The notes under the pieces were generated by a model. It ran no database searches, had not been told where the DNA came from, and saw only the letters and a list, made by a program, of their open reading frames with translations. From positions 1 through 43,583 of IMG/VR virus record IMGVR_UViG_3300024344_000036: a stretch of 43,583 nt of DNA. One strand, given 5' to 3'. This DNA comes from a virus (taxonomy: Duplodnaviria > Caudoviricetes). Below, one piece after another: positions 18,801-25,562 of this stretch (position 1 is its first letter; every line of letters begins with the position of its first letter). Position numbers and translations under genes: made by a program.

Positions 18801-20879
18801 GAAGTTCGACCTGTTATGGAATTAAATGAAGATAAATTAAAAGAACAATTAAGACAAGGTGCTATTACTATAGTAGATGTAGCGCAATACTTGAGTGATC
18901 CTAAAGCAGAAATATTTAAAGCTGTTGAAGGTGAGTTAAATGATTTAATTAAAAATAATAAAAACATTGCAGACTTCGATCAGTTCTTTGTACCAAGACA
19001 AAGAGTAGGTGGTGTACCAGGATATAGTCCTGACTTTGCTAGAGCTGCTAATCAGTTTGGTTACATGGGTGCAAGGTATGCATCACGTAGTAGATTTATG
19101 AACGAGGCTGAAGAAAAGAAAAAAGTTTTAGAAGAGTATGTAAAAGAAAGTAATGATAAACAAATGGGTATTGCTTTAGATAAGTGGTGGAACTACAGCA
19201 ATGATCCTCATCAAGAGTTTGCACAGATAAGAAGACTAGGATTCTGGTGGTACTTAGGGGGCAACTTATCATCTGCTTTCTTACAAATATTCTCAGCGGT
19301 ACAATTTACAGGACCTATACTATCACAGTTTACTAGTACAACTCAAGCTGGTACACAGTTAACTAAAGCATTAGCAGATGCTACAGCTATGTTATCATTT
19401 ACAGAGAATGAATACGGTGATGTCTTTATAGATTGGAATAAAACTCCAGAAGATGTTAAGCAAGCTATACTAAATGATATGCCTCATTACATTAAACAAG
19501 GTCAAGCACTGCAAGAAACAGGACAAGATCCGGGTGTAAAAACTTTAGATGAAAAAACTGCATTACGTAATTTTGAAACTATGGTTATTGGAGGACCATT
19601 TAATACAATGGAAGCTATATCTAGATTGACTGCATACATGGCAACATATAGATTAGCACAAGACCCGGAAGTTAGAGACAGATTCTACAAAATGTTTGAA
19701 GGAGATCAAATAGTACAAGGAATGATTAATGATAATGGTGGGGTATTAACACCAGAGATTATAGCACGTACTATGATTGATGATACGTTTGGTGTGTATG
19801 GTAAGATGAATAGACCACAAATTATGCGTGGCTTCATGGCTGTACCTGCCTTATTCCAAACATATATTGGGCAGATGTTTGCCTTAATGAATAGACTATT
19901 AACTAAAGGCAGTACACCAGAACAAAAAGCTGCGGGAAGAAAAGCATTCGCTAAAATTATGTTGATGCTTGTATTGACAGGCGGTATCTTTGGATTACCA
20001 GGATCAGATGATGCAGAAGAAGTAGCTAACTGGATGATTGAAAAAGCACCTATCGTAGGAACAGGATTAAAAACTGATATGCGTGCGGCTATGAGAGAAA
20101 TGTTATATGAAGCAGGCTTTGGCGCAGGATTAATTAATGCAATGGAAAATGGTTTAATAGAAGCTAGTTTAAATATAGATGTACAACGTCGTATATCTTT
20201 AGGTAATGTACCAGGTTCACAACAGATACGTGCAATAGCAGGACTGTTAGGTTTAACCCCGGGCGGTAACCCAGCAGATTTTGCGGGGGCACCTGGCTCT
20301 GTGTTTATGACAGCCATCAGAGAAGGTAGCCAAGCTATACGTGAAGGAGAATCTTTAGTTGATGTAGCATTTAAATCGTCACCTTTATTTGTACGTAACT
20401 TATACAAAGCTTATGATCAATCATTAGGTAAAGGATTTGTTGAAACAAATTACGGTAGTGTATTAGTAGATGACGCAAGTGTATTTGAAACTATGTATCA
20501 AGCTATGGGATTTGGTTCAGCTAGAGCAAAGAGATCACGTGAAGCTTTATACCAAGAGAGATTAAATCAAACTCGTAATAGTAATAAAAGAAAAAAAGTT
20601 AATGCACAAATTACAAATGCATACAGAGATATATTTGTTGGTGCTAAGATAGGTGATAGTAGTCTATCAGCTAAAGGTCAGATAAGATTAAATGAATTGA
20701 CTAGAGATTTGTTTGCATGGAATGCTAAACAAGATATAGAGAATATGATTTTCCCAGACTTAGAAAGACTAGTTGAGTCAGCATTAGAAGCAGTGTATAA
20801 TGATATACGAATTGCTAATCAAAGCGGATTAAATATACAGAAAAATATAACGCAAAGAAAAGCGTTAGGTCTTGAGTAA
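12810..20879 (+). CDS. Giant polyvalent/internal virion protein (HExxH peptidase, ART-PolyVal-like, SAM-MTase, PLxRFG)
   Basis: HHEVMH (~15885-15902); FKWF...IVD..G.PLIVYH, GYHFT, LNIKNP, GYDGV, AFEPQQFKS; DIGGGRFD/YDPFN/NVLNVI; YVPLMRYG (~18573-18596). Confidence 0.75.
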   Translation: MTQVKYITFGDSGAPRIKVDASLSNEEIKDLLKSEKIETAMAEKGFAYKFGLDPVYLLDEDNLNDNAFVAGAKSSIDTLKQIGQGAMATIYDAFGAETLQQQAIEAVKQYQLDQTAHQWRRGAGGEVKPRFQSLEQVFESEQEFSAFLEWAGAKLGEGLVTTIPFVLAGIVTGGVGAGAIGAGLIAKQAGTSALRQAFTQGLIGQTGKGIIGGALNRATTMSGLGFMAAGYGFGAGDTYVNQLAESDDPNVAIALAAGIPYAAAEGAFGAGNLLLDTLIRKTSPTAVKGALEKIIKDGGKYSINKTIKGAARGDRLKALGKGIGVSSAGEATAESIQEAVTSTGQEIESGRSLSEMYSSADFWKGIGEAAAAGAVGGGPFGVVGGTAQALRVGPSVDITIDAGGERVIVPIVNSDIRNNESLYDSFVVGDTVTLTGAPVSEIIAGPTQQPSNESFDQGDPTNNPTPIYTVIGDTKIGNEEFILLEGTSGKADVFVPAGRKNSILRLDNGTINNNKFNNSAGFNYDQEESQDVNLDAKEVQESWAKNKKSWKQKGYVATDTDKAVDEYLAQEKEEWVADNTATLINQREEQRNQETLYTIWDENHRVRQPRFAMFYEDGDWENGAELPKEEAIGTVDGFYSKYDAIADEDLKDAFENEGWQQQRYNTLQEYVENEGNQLTKDERNELNELGYNGEFGQSYIQDLVDDTTVIGNSKLTRGRRRLEQILNDKVRFETETKGIRERKEKIITGENIIEPLTPEERQSQLGEGIFDTPVGDRVRQIRELLHLLDPKGWSWITGLERKQLAQLKREKSAYLLSNDMTKANATQRQIDRIKRKAHVIMHNGKIVGTYSPVARRVALEEIQRLTDPEEIAIYETHVSNIDKGRVRLNELLMTFNEEPVLSTEWGTLTTRDARLKRIEKKTRNFSFSEPTSYIRKYELWAKNAGEPRLQDDFADNAPKVLETMKQIISGMNLDVKIDLLPWIEQDGQALAGKFILGERGVQVAYNAVPQLRPNLNRNDSLNYVLHHEVMHLLRTEGFFTKNEYLALEEAAKDRWIKQYKIAERHPELDRATQIEEAISDAFAEYMTGRYQTGGPIAKAFNRLKQYLIALGNALTGNRFDTAANIFNAIDLGLVGARYESMQRTTNVYLTGDNATSIIVKNPYSGADIRGFVPKTRALFTKQPNITNVKQFFKWFNSGGRPSAIVDTKGAPLIVYHITLDTRDSQPKPVNVKLWQTGLQEFSSADTSINQVRLPAAFNKLAREEVWLDFFDEGGINFDIGGGRFDNATNFLEDYNVTNIVYDPFNRSDEHNKNAVQKGADGKADTVTINNVLNVIQEEANQMQTLEQAYNALKVGGVAYISVYEGNKTGQGKQTSKGWQNNKSLNEYVPLVRKVFGKNNVIVKNGIIRVTKTNDRAPRQLVPFTTFRETADFGYHFTPDQNVIDYFKENQYSGGNDFVFKGFLNIKNPYRMPDMLSWDENDMIAYMLEDGIISERESITMRSQIDSIPFPFDDEGNMISEVREQPRQASYNIILRKLKDKGYDGVVYKNIGEDKYKALRSKAQKDNTLLTDEEIKLLLDNPVQDSFVAFEPQQFKSVYNDGTYGIRQPNMMAMNQWQPVPGEKPVDRYKPMNRQQRRALNAKMGKAMDEEVKLYDKDTTTLTPNKLSKFSRIAGFIREWAKDNAFFERVWRVVEDMTIRAKRIQANYQRILNNYNRIIQDDVLRELIYRAQAISTYYPDQRFTMDTEGRIIFRAPMDASPANSPEGLEISPGEVIILEGDAAQAYMDYQRAMMYMAKEQVRGMIAGGYVEQIKSAINKLNFHKGVALSEAYVPNFPPDMTNEMIENMEYGEVIQLVKGLRRLLENSDAEFVDRSALTPIEIAEIQSLLGIDNNEVVTDRAQVGLVKLAAQLKKFEDFKRADYVPLMRYGKFVVSIVDKNQEQYNKAEATDKGAFKYKGKYVTLNPKYLLRRQHYETKKEADEARARFTSQYREDVGVEVRPVMELNEDKLKEQLRQGAITIVDVAQYLSDPKAEIFKAVEGELNDLIKNNKNIADFDQFFVPRQRVGGVPGYSPDFARAANQFGYMGARYASRSRFMNEAEEKKKVLEEYVKESNDKQMGIALDKWWNYSNDPHQEFAQIRRLGFWWYLGGNLSSAFLQIFSAVQFTGPILSQFTSTTQAGTQLTKALADATAMLSFTENEYGDVFIDWNKTPEDVKQAILNDMPHYIKQGQALQETGQDPGVKTLDEKTALRNFETMVIGGPFNTMEAISRLTAYMATYRLAQDPEVRDRFYKMFEGDQIVQGMINDNGGVLTPEIIARTMIDDTFGVYGKMNRPQIMRGFMAVPALFQTYIGQMFALMNRLLTKGSTPEQKAAGRKAFAKIMLMLVLTGGIFGLPGSDDAEEVANWMIEKAPIVGTGLKTDMRAAMREMLYEAGFGAGLINAMENGLIEASLNIDVQRRISLGNVPGSQQIRAIAGLLGLTPGGNPADFAGAPGSVFMTAIREGSQAIREGESLVDVAFKSSPLFVRNLYKAYDQSLGKGFVETNYGSVLVDDASVFETMYQAMGFGSARAKRSREALYQERLNQTRNSNKRKKVNAQITNAYRDIFVGAKIGDSSLSAKGQIRLNELTRDLFAWNAKQDIENMIFPDLERLVESALEAVYNDIRIANQSGLNIQKNITQRKALGLE

Positions 20880-21317
20880 TTATCTTTTAACTAAGCTACC
20901 ACCAAAGTAAAGTCCAACAATCGCACTCATCAAGTGAGTATCTAATGGTGTAATAATTAAACCATTAAATGTTTTATCCATTACTACTTCTTTACTTTCA
21001 ATTAAAAATAAAAAACCTCTAGTAAATTCTGTCCACGTTAATACAACAGTGGTATCAAAAAATACTGGGGCAATCTTAGGCCATACAATGATAGCGCCGA
21101 CGGCAGATAATGCTATTATTCTTCTTGTAAATGTAAATCCTTTATCAGTAAAAGAACGAGCCTTATCAATATGTTTCATCTGATTATCAGCTCTCGCTAA
21201 TAACATTTTTTGTTCGTCTTGTTTCGCTTTAATACTTTGCGACCATATTGACATGAACCCACCTAATAAAGATGAGCCTAACATCGTAATCATTTCTACT
21301 GGTAATCCACCTAGCAT
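20880..21317 (-). CDS. Membrane protein, holin candidate (3TM type)
   Basis: Three hydrophobic segments, C-terminal IVGLYFGG, near a lysozyme-like gene. Confidence 0.5.
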   Translation of the reverse strand: MLGGLPVEMITMLGSSLLGGFMSIWSQSIKAKQDEQKMLLARADNQMKHIDKARSFTDKGFTFTRRIIALSAVGAIIVWPKIAPVFFDTTVVLTWTEFTRGFLFLIESKEVVMDKTFNGLIITPLDTHLMSAIVGLYFGGSLVKR

Positions 21318-21333
21318 ATTATCTCCTTAAGTA

Positions 21334-21351
21334 ATGCCCCCGAAGGGGCAT
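21334..21351 (-). terminator. Stable hairpin, probable terminator
   Basis: Minus strand ATGCCCC-TTCG-GGGGCAT followed by TACTT (weak U tract). Confidence 0.6.
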
Positions 21352-21361
21352 CGGTTAGTTG

Positions 21362-21505
21362 TTATGGTGACGGAGGTCCGCCTGCTGTCATGTTATAAAC
21401 AATGAATAAAACAATTGCGCAAATGATACCAGCTTTTAGCCAGTCCTTCATTCCCCATTCGTTCCATTCTTTAATCCATGACCACGTATCTTTTAAAAGT
21501 TTCAT
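21362..21505 (-). CDS. 47-aa single-TM protein (not in ORF track)
   Basis: MKLLKDTWSWIKEWNEWGMKDWLKAGIICAIVLFIVYNMTAGGPPSP; fills the gap between genes. Confidence 0.7.
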   Translation of the reverse strand: MKLLKDTWSWIKEWNEWGMKDWLKAGIICAIVLFIVYNMTAGGPPSP

Positions 21506-21506
21506 G

Positions 21507-22010
21507 TTAACCTTTCATTAAAAGTTCACGAGCTTCATCCAAGGATATCCCTGCATCAAAGCTCATTTGAGCAAGTTCTAGACCTTCATTAATTATTGAA
21601 TCATCTAGATATTGTGCCGCAATTTCAGGTTTGTTTTCCATTTTTATTATAGCCCTTACTACTGCGCCCAAATCGTTCTCTGTTATAGTATCAGAGCCAA
21701 CTTGATCTCTAACATATTCATAATAGTTGTTTGTATCATTCTCATTATCAGGTGCGAATTGATTAATGATAGAAAATAAATCTCCATCAAATCTTTTTAT
21801 CTTTGTCTTAAGATCTCTCCCAAGAGCACGCACTCCCATCTGAGGTGAATCAAATACAGCAAATCTATCTGCATATGTATCTCCAGTTTCTCCTGCATAA
21901 CCCTGACCAATCTCTATGTTGCCTGGGTTATTAAACATTGTAGGTTGTTCAGCTTCATCATTATCTCTAGTCCAGAGATTAGCTATACCACCTATTATAT
22001 CTTTAAGCAT
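21507..22010 (-). CDS. NNPGNI-type lysozyme-like protein
   Basis: NNPGNI, FAVF...G.RA, FAP..ENDT..Y and AI.KME motifs. Start reassigned to ATG 22010. Confidence 0.65.
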   Translation of the reverse strand: MLKDIIGGIANLWTRDNDEAEQPTMFNNPGNIEIGQGYAGETGDTYADRFAVFDSPQMGVRALGRDLKTKIKRFDGDLFSIINQFAPDNENDTNNYYEYVRDQVGSDTITENDLGAVVRAIIKMENKPEIAAQYLDDSIINEGLELAQMSFDAGISLDEARELLMKG

Positions 22011-22110
22011 TATCTGATTTGTGCTCGCAGTTGCAACATTCGCACTGCCCACCACAACAAGAGCCACCGCTACTGCAATGACATTCATGACCACAATTAA
22101 TACAAGGCAT
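22003..22110 (-). CDS. 35-aa Cys/His-rich metallothionein-like peptide (not in ORF track)
   Basis: MPCINCGHECHCSSGGSCCGGQCECCNCEHKSDNA; overlaps both neighbouring genes at their ends. Confidence 0.75.
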   Translation of the reverse strand: MPCINCGHECHCSSGGSCCGGQCECCNCEHKSDNA

Positions 22111-22289
22111 TACTTAAATCCTTTTAAAGTTTTTGCAAAGCGTGCTCGTTGTCCTAATTTGCCAGGAGCTTTAGCCGCTTTGTTTAATTTTGATGCAGGT
22201 ATTTTCTGACCTGCTTTAATACCTAATGCTTTACGTAATGCACCAGGTTTTTTAATAGCTTTCTTTATGTTAAGCTTTTTTTTCTTCAT
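22110..22289 (-). CDS. Small highly basic K/A-rich protein
   Basis: IKKAIKKPGALRKALG...GKLGQRARFAKTL; no acidic residues. Confidence 0.75.
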   Translation of the reverse strand: MKKKKLNIKKAIKKPGALRKALGIKAGQKIPASKLNKAAKAPGKLGQRARFAKTLKGFK

Positions 22290-22395
22290 TATCTTCTTTA
22301 GGTTCTTCAACCTTTACAGCGTCTCCGCCTACTTTTACTATCCCTAATTCAAACTCAACGTTTGGTGTTAAAGGATTTTTAATTTCATTTTCCAT
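22270..22395 (-). CDS. 41-aa acidic peptide (not in ORF track)
   Basis: MENEIKNPLTPNVEFELGIVKVGGDAVKVEEPKEDNEEKKA; RBS AAGGAG. Confidence 0.65.
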   Translation of the reverse strand: MENEIKNPLTPNVEFELGIVKVGGDAVKVEEPKEDNEEKKA

Positions 22396-22417
22396 GTCTA
22401 CTCCTTAGTAATCTACT

Positions 22418-22446
22418 AGTATACCATAACAAGGGGGCAAATGCAA
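22418..22446 (-). promoter_or_regulatory. Sigma70-like promoter
   Basis: TTGCAT-17 bp-TATACT with an extended TG. The spacer contains TGCCCCC. Confidence 0.65.
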
Positions 22447-22450
22447 CCCC

Positions 22451-23677
22451 TTACTTACCCCAAGATACCCACGATTCTGTAGGTTTTTTAGATATATGTG
22501 GCTCACTTTGTACAGGTACTTGGAAAGTTATACCATATGTAGGGTGTGTAAACCATAAAGCTTGTTGTGGTTTTTCATAGGCAAACCTACCAGATAAAGC
22601 GTACTCATCATACCCTTTGATTGAGCCATTTACTATAGCATCTTTCAAAGATATATACTGGTGGAAGTGACCCATCAACACGTAGTCAATAGGTTTCTTT
22701 TGATTAGCATATTCCGCCTTGACTTTCTGCACACCTCGTGCTATAGGTCCGAGCATCCCCACAATACCAGAGCCACCACGTACACCTAGTCTGTCACCAT
22801 GTGTAAGTAAGTAACTAGTATTGTAAAGTTTATAGTATGCGTCATATGATGTAGGTATTAAGAATGTAACTCTCTTATCATTAGAGAAATACTTATCCAA
22901 CATATTATATAACAACCAATCAAAGCTACTCTCAACTGCTTGCTTATGTCTGTATTGTTTATACATGCGACTGTGATTACCTATAACACATGGTACAAAT
23001 ACATTACCGAATACATTAGCTAGTTCTGTAATGCCCGAGGCTAATACATCTACTAACTCAATGACATGTTCTATACTTGTTCCGTCATTAGTCTCCACTA
23101 ACTCATCATGTATACTACCACTTATCATATCCCCACCAAGAGGCACAACTATGCCAGGATACTTAGGGTTAACCATATGATTAGTACACAAGTCGATGGC
23201 AGAATTAATTGTAAACTCTACACGCTTACGTCCTATCTTGCGGTCGTATTCATTTAAGTTATTGACGTTTGATTTAGTTACTACCTCACCCCAATGAAAG
23301 TCCGATATAAATAACGTTGGGATTCCAGGTGCCCCCTTTGCTGGTGTGGATTTATGTATCCACTTAGGTGGCTTGGGTGAATGCTCACCTAATCCAAACA
23401 CATGCTTACGTATAGCAGTGGCTGTTATATTTTCTCTAGCTAACTCATCTACTTGTTGCTTGAGTTCTTTTATCTGAAGATCATACGTAATCTTCTGTTC
23501 AGTTAAAGCTGCCTCAGTACCTGGTGCATTGACCGTTGGCTTTATGTTATTAAGTTTAGCTTTCTCAAGTCTACTGTTTAACGTAGGTCTTGGTAAACCT
23601 AAAGCCCTTGAGGCTTCGGATATATTTCCTTTAGCTAGAACTAGGGCGTTGACTGCGTCCTGTAATATGTCCGTCAT
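22451..23677 (-). CDS. Fis-type HTH + calcineurin-like metallophosphoesterase
   Basis: GNISEASRALGLPRPTL; SDFHWG, GGDMISG, GNH, THGD, GHFH. Confidence 0.8.
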   Translation of the reverse strand: MTDILQDAVNALVLAKGNISEASRALGLPRPTLNSRLEKAKLNNIKPTVNAPGTEAALTEQKITYDLQIKELKQQVDELARENITATAIRKHVFGLGEHSPKPPKWIHKSTPAKGAPGIPTLFISDFHWGEVVTKSNVNNLNEYDRKIGRKRVEFTINSAIDLCTNHMVNPKYPGIVVPLGGDMISGSIHDELVETNDGTSIEHVIELVDVLASGITELANVFGNVFVPCVIGNHSRMYKQYRHKQAVESSFDWLLYNMLDKYFSNDKRVTFLIPTSYDAYYKLYNTSYLLTHGDRLGVRGGSGIVGMLGPIARGVQKVKAEYANQKKPIDYVLMGHFHQYISLKDAIVNGSIKGYDEYALSGRFAYEKPQQALWFTHPTYGITFQVPVQSEPHISKKPTESWVSWGK

Positions 23678-23909
23678 GTATTATCTCCTGTAATAATATG
23701 TTACTCGTGTCGCCGAATGCGCACTTGAATCCCATATTTAATTCTCTCTCTATTGCAATAGGATGAAAGTAGTTTACAAAGCTTTGCTTTGCTACCATAC
23801 ATTGCTCCTTCGTCTCAAATTTTAGTGGTATTGCTGCTGGCATGCATAGATCTGGTGCATCGTTTGGTAACGATAGAAAGCATACTAATACAGCTATTGT
23901 CCATGTCAT
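23631..23909 (-). CDS. Small exported Cys-containing protein
   Basis: Start at the ATGA overlap; hydrophobic N-terminus MTWTIAVLVCFLSL; four Cys. Confidence 0.55.
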   Translation of the reverse strand: MTWTIAVLVCFLSLPNDAPDLCMPAAIPLKFETKEQCMVAKQSFVNYFHPIAIERELNMGFKCAFGDTSNILLQEIIHDGHITGRSQRPSSS

Positions 23910-24088
23910 AAATCTTCCTTGTGTATTTGGGCAAGACCTCGCCAATAGTCTTTGTCCTTTAGTTTAAGGTTCTTCCAGAATGGTTGAGCCTTTTTGTGTG
24001 TTGGCTTAGCTTTTCTATATAAGAACTGAGCCAGCCCGTCGTATTTAGTTTTCACTGGATACTCTGGATGTTTCTTTAGTCTCATCAA
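23906..24088 (-). CDS. Hypothetical basic protein
   Basis: Fits the operon tiling. Confidence 0.6.
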   Translation of the reverse strand: MMRLKKHPEYPVKTKYDGLAQFLYRKAKPTHKKAQPFWKNLKLKDKDYWRGLAQIHKEDL

Positions 24089-24386
24089 TTATCCTCCCGA
24101 AATTATCAACAAGCTTATTAATACGAGTCTTGTCACCTGATGCAACAATTCGTCTTGAACCTATAAAGGTTCCGTCTGGTAAATCATTATACAACCATGT
24201 GTCATGGTTTAATTTATAGTTAATATTGTTAATCATAGATGCTGCATCTTTTGCTTCTCGGATTGCTCCCTTCACATCTACTTCGCCTCGTGATCTAGAC
24301 CGCCTAGTTGCATCACGTTGAATCGCACGGTACTTATCTAAGTACGCTTTCAATTCTTTCTCTGTAAATTTATTAATCTTTTTCAT
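24045..24386 (-). CDS. Hypothetical protein
   Basis: RBS AAGGAGAG; first gene after a promoter. Confidence 0.7.
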   Translation of the reverse strand: MKKINKFTEKELKAYLDKYRAIQRDATRRSRSRGEVDVKGAIREAKDAASMINNINYKLNHDTWLYNDLPDGTFIGSRRIVASGDKTRINKLVDNFGRIIDETKETSRVSSEN

Positions 24387-24399
24387 ACTCTCTCCTTAA

Positions 24400-24472
24400 A
24401 AGCGAAAGGCTGAACAACCCCCTTCAGAATTACTCAGCCTTATCTGCCCCCTTAAAACTATTGCTAGTTTCA
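24400..24472 (-). ncRNA. Candidate structured leader/small RNA (two hairpins)
   Basis: AAACUA-GCAA-UAGUUU hairpin, then a 16-bp stem with five G-U pairs, directly after a promoter. Confidence 0.4.
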
Positions 24473-24478
24473 TTTATA

Positions 24479-24507
24479 ATACTACCACAGTTTGGCTCTC
24501 GTGTCAA
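24479..24507 (-). promoter_or_regulatory. Sigma70-like promoter
   Basis: TTGACA-17 bp-TAGTAT. Confidence 0.7.
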
Positions 24508-24519
24508 TACTTTTTTTAA

Positions 24520-25479
24520 TTAAAATGCATCATCCCAAGTACCAGTAAGTGCGCCTTTTGCGTACTCAGTGCTACGATTCTCAAAGAAGTTGGTGTGTTC
24601 TACACCCCCTACTATCCAATCGACCCACTCTAATGGGTTATCTTTAACCCCGTAGTTAGGCTTCAAGCCTAGCTGTAAGAGTCTTCTGTCCGCAATATGT
24701 CTTATGTATTGCTTAACTTCATCTGGTGTTAGTCCTTCTACTGGACCCATATCAAAAGCTAGATCAATAAACTTATCCTCTAACTCTACCATCTCTCTGC
24801 AGATCTGGTATAGTGTAGCTTTAAAGTCATCATGCCATACGTGAGGCATCTCATCTAGTACACAGTGCAGTAGCTTAATCATATTCTCTACGTGGTGTGA
24901 CTCATCACGAATAGACCATGCGACAATTTGTCCCATGCCTTTCATCTTACCAAACCTTTGAAAGTTTAACAGCATAACAAAGCTAGCAAACAACTGAAGC
25001 CCTTCACCGAATGCTGAGAACACTGCCATATCTCTGACAATCTTCTCCTCTTCTGTGCCCCCTTTGTTTTTCCACAAGTACTCATGCTTATCATTCATAG
25101 CTGTAATCTCTTGGAACGCACGGTAGTCTCTGTCATCCATGCCTACTGTATCATTAAGTAATGAATAACTATGAGCATGATTAGCTTCACTTGTAGCTAT
25201 AGATGATAGCATCATTCTAATTTCTGGTTGTTTAAACATTGGCATGTATACATCCATGTATGCTTGCGCTATGTCTACGTCTCCTTGTGTAAAGAATGTT
25301 AGTATCTGTTTAACTAAATTCTTTTCCCCATCATTCATGCGATGGTTCCAATCATTTACATCTTCGTGTAATGGCACCTCACTTGGTAGCCAATGCATCT
25401 TCTGTTGCATATCATAGGCTTCAAATGCCCACTCATATTTAAATGGTTTGTAGTAGTCTCGCGAATTAAATACACTCAT
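24520..25479 (-). CDS. nrdB: Ribonucleotide reductase class I beta subunit
   Basis: FFTQGD, EANH..SY, FGEG..LF and RDESHH di-metal/tyrosyl motifs; NFFE tail. Confidence 0.95.
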   Translation of the reverse strand: MSVFNSRDYYKPFKYEWAFEAYDMQQKMHWLPSEVPLHEDVNDWNHRMNDGEKNLVKQILTFFTQGDVDIAQAYMDVYMPMFKQPEIRMMLSSIATSEANHAHSYSLLNDTVGMDDRDYRAFQEITAMNDKHEYLWKNKGGTEEEKIVRDMAVFSAFGEGLQLFASFVMLLNFQRFGKMKGMGQIVAWSIRDESHHVENMIKLLHCVLDEMPHVWHDDFKATLYQICREMVELEDKFIDLAFDMGPVEGLTPDEVKQYIRHIADRRLLQLGLKPNYGVKDNPLEWVDWIVGGVEHTNFFENRSTEYAKGALTGTWDDAF

Positions 25480-25562
25480 TGTATCCCCGCTGCTTGTAAT
25501 AGTAGTCCACCTGTAATCGTTATTACATAAGCGGTGACTACAATATCTAAACCTATTATCAT
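25476..25562 (-). CDS. 28-aa hydrophobic peptide (not in ORF track)
   Basis: MIIGLDIVVTAYVITITGGLLLQAAGIQ; ATGA overlaps at both ends; RBS GAGG. Confidence 0.6.
   Translation of the reverse strand: MIIGLDIVVTAYVITITGGLLLQAAGIQ

Noticed and set aside
19706-20407. Long antisense ORF (also 11992-12438, 26831-27331 and other opposite-strand track ORFs)
   Set aside because: They lie opposite well-supported genes, have no motifs, and are expected from codon bias.
22011-22094. Signal/SAR peptide on the lysozyme-like ORF
   Set aside because: Better explained as the shadow frame of the Cys-rich gene. ATG 22010 is a coupled start.
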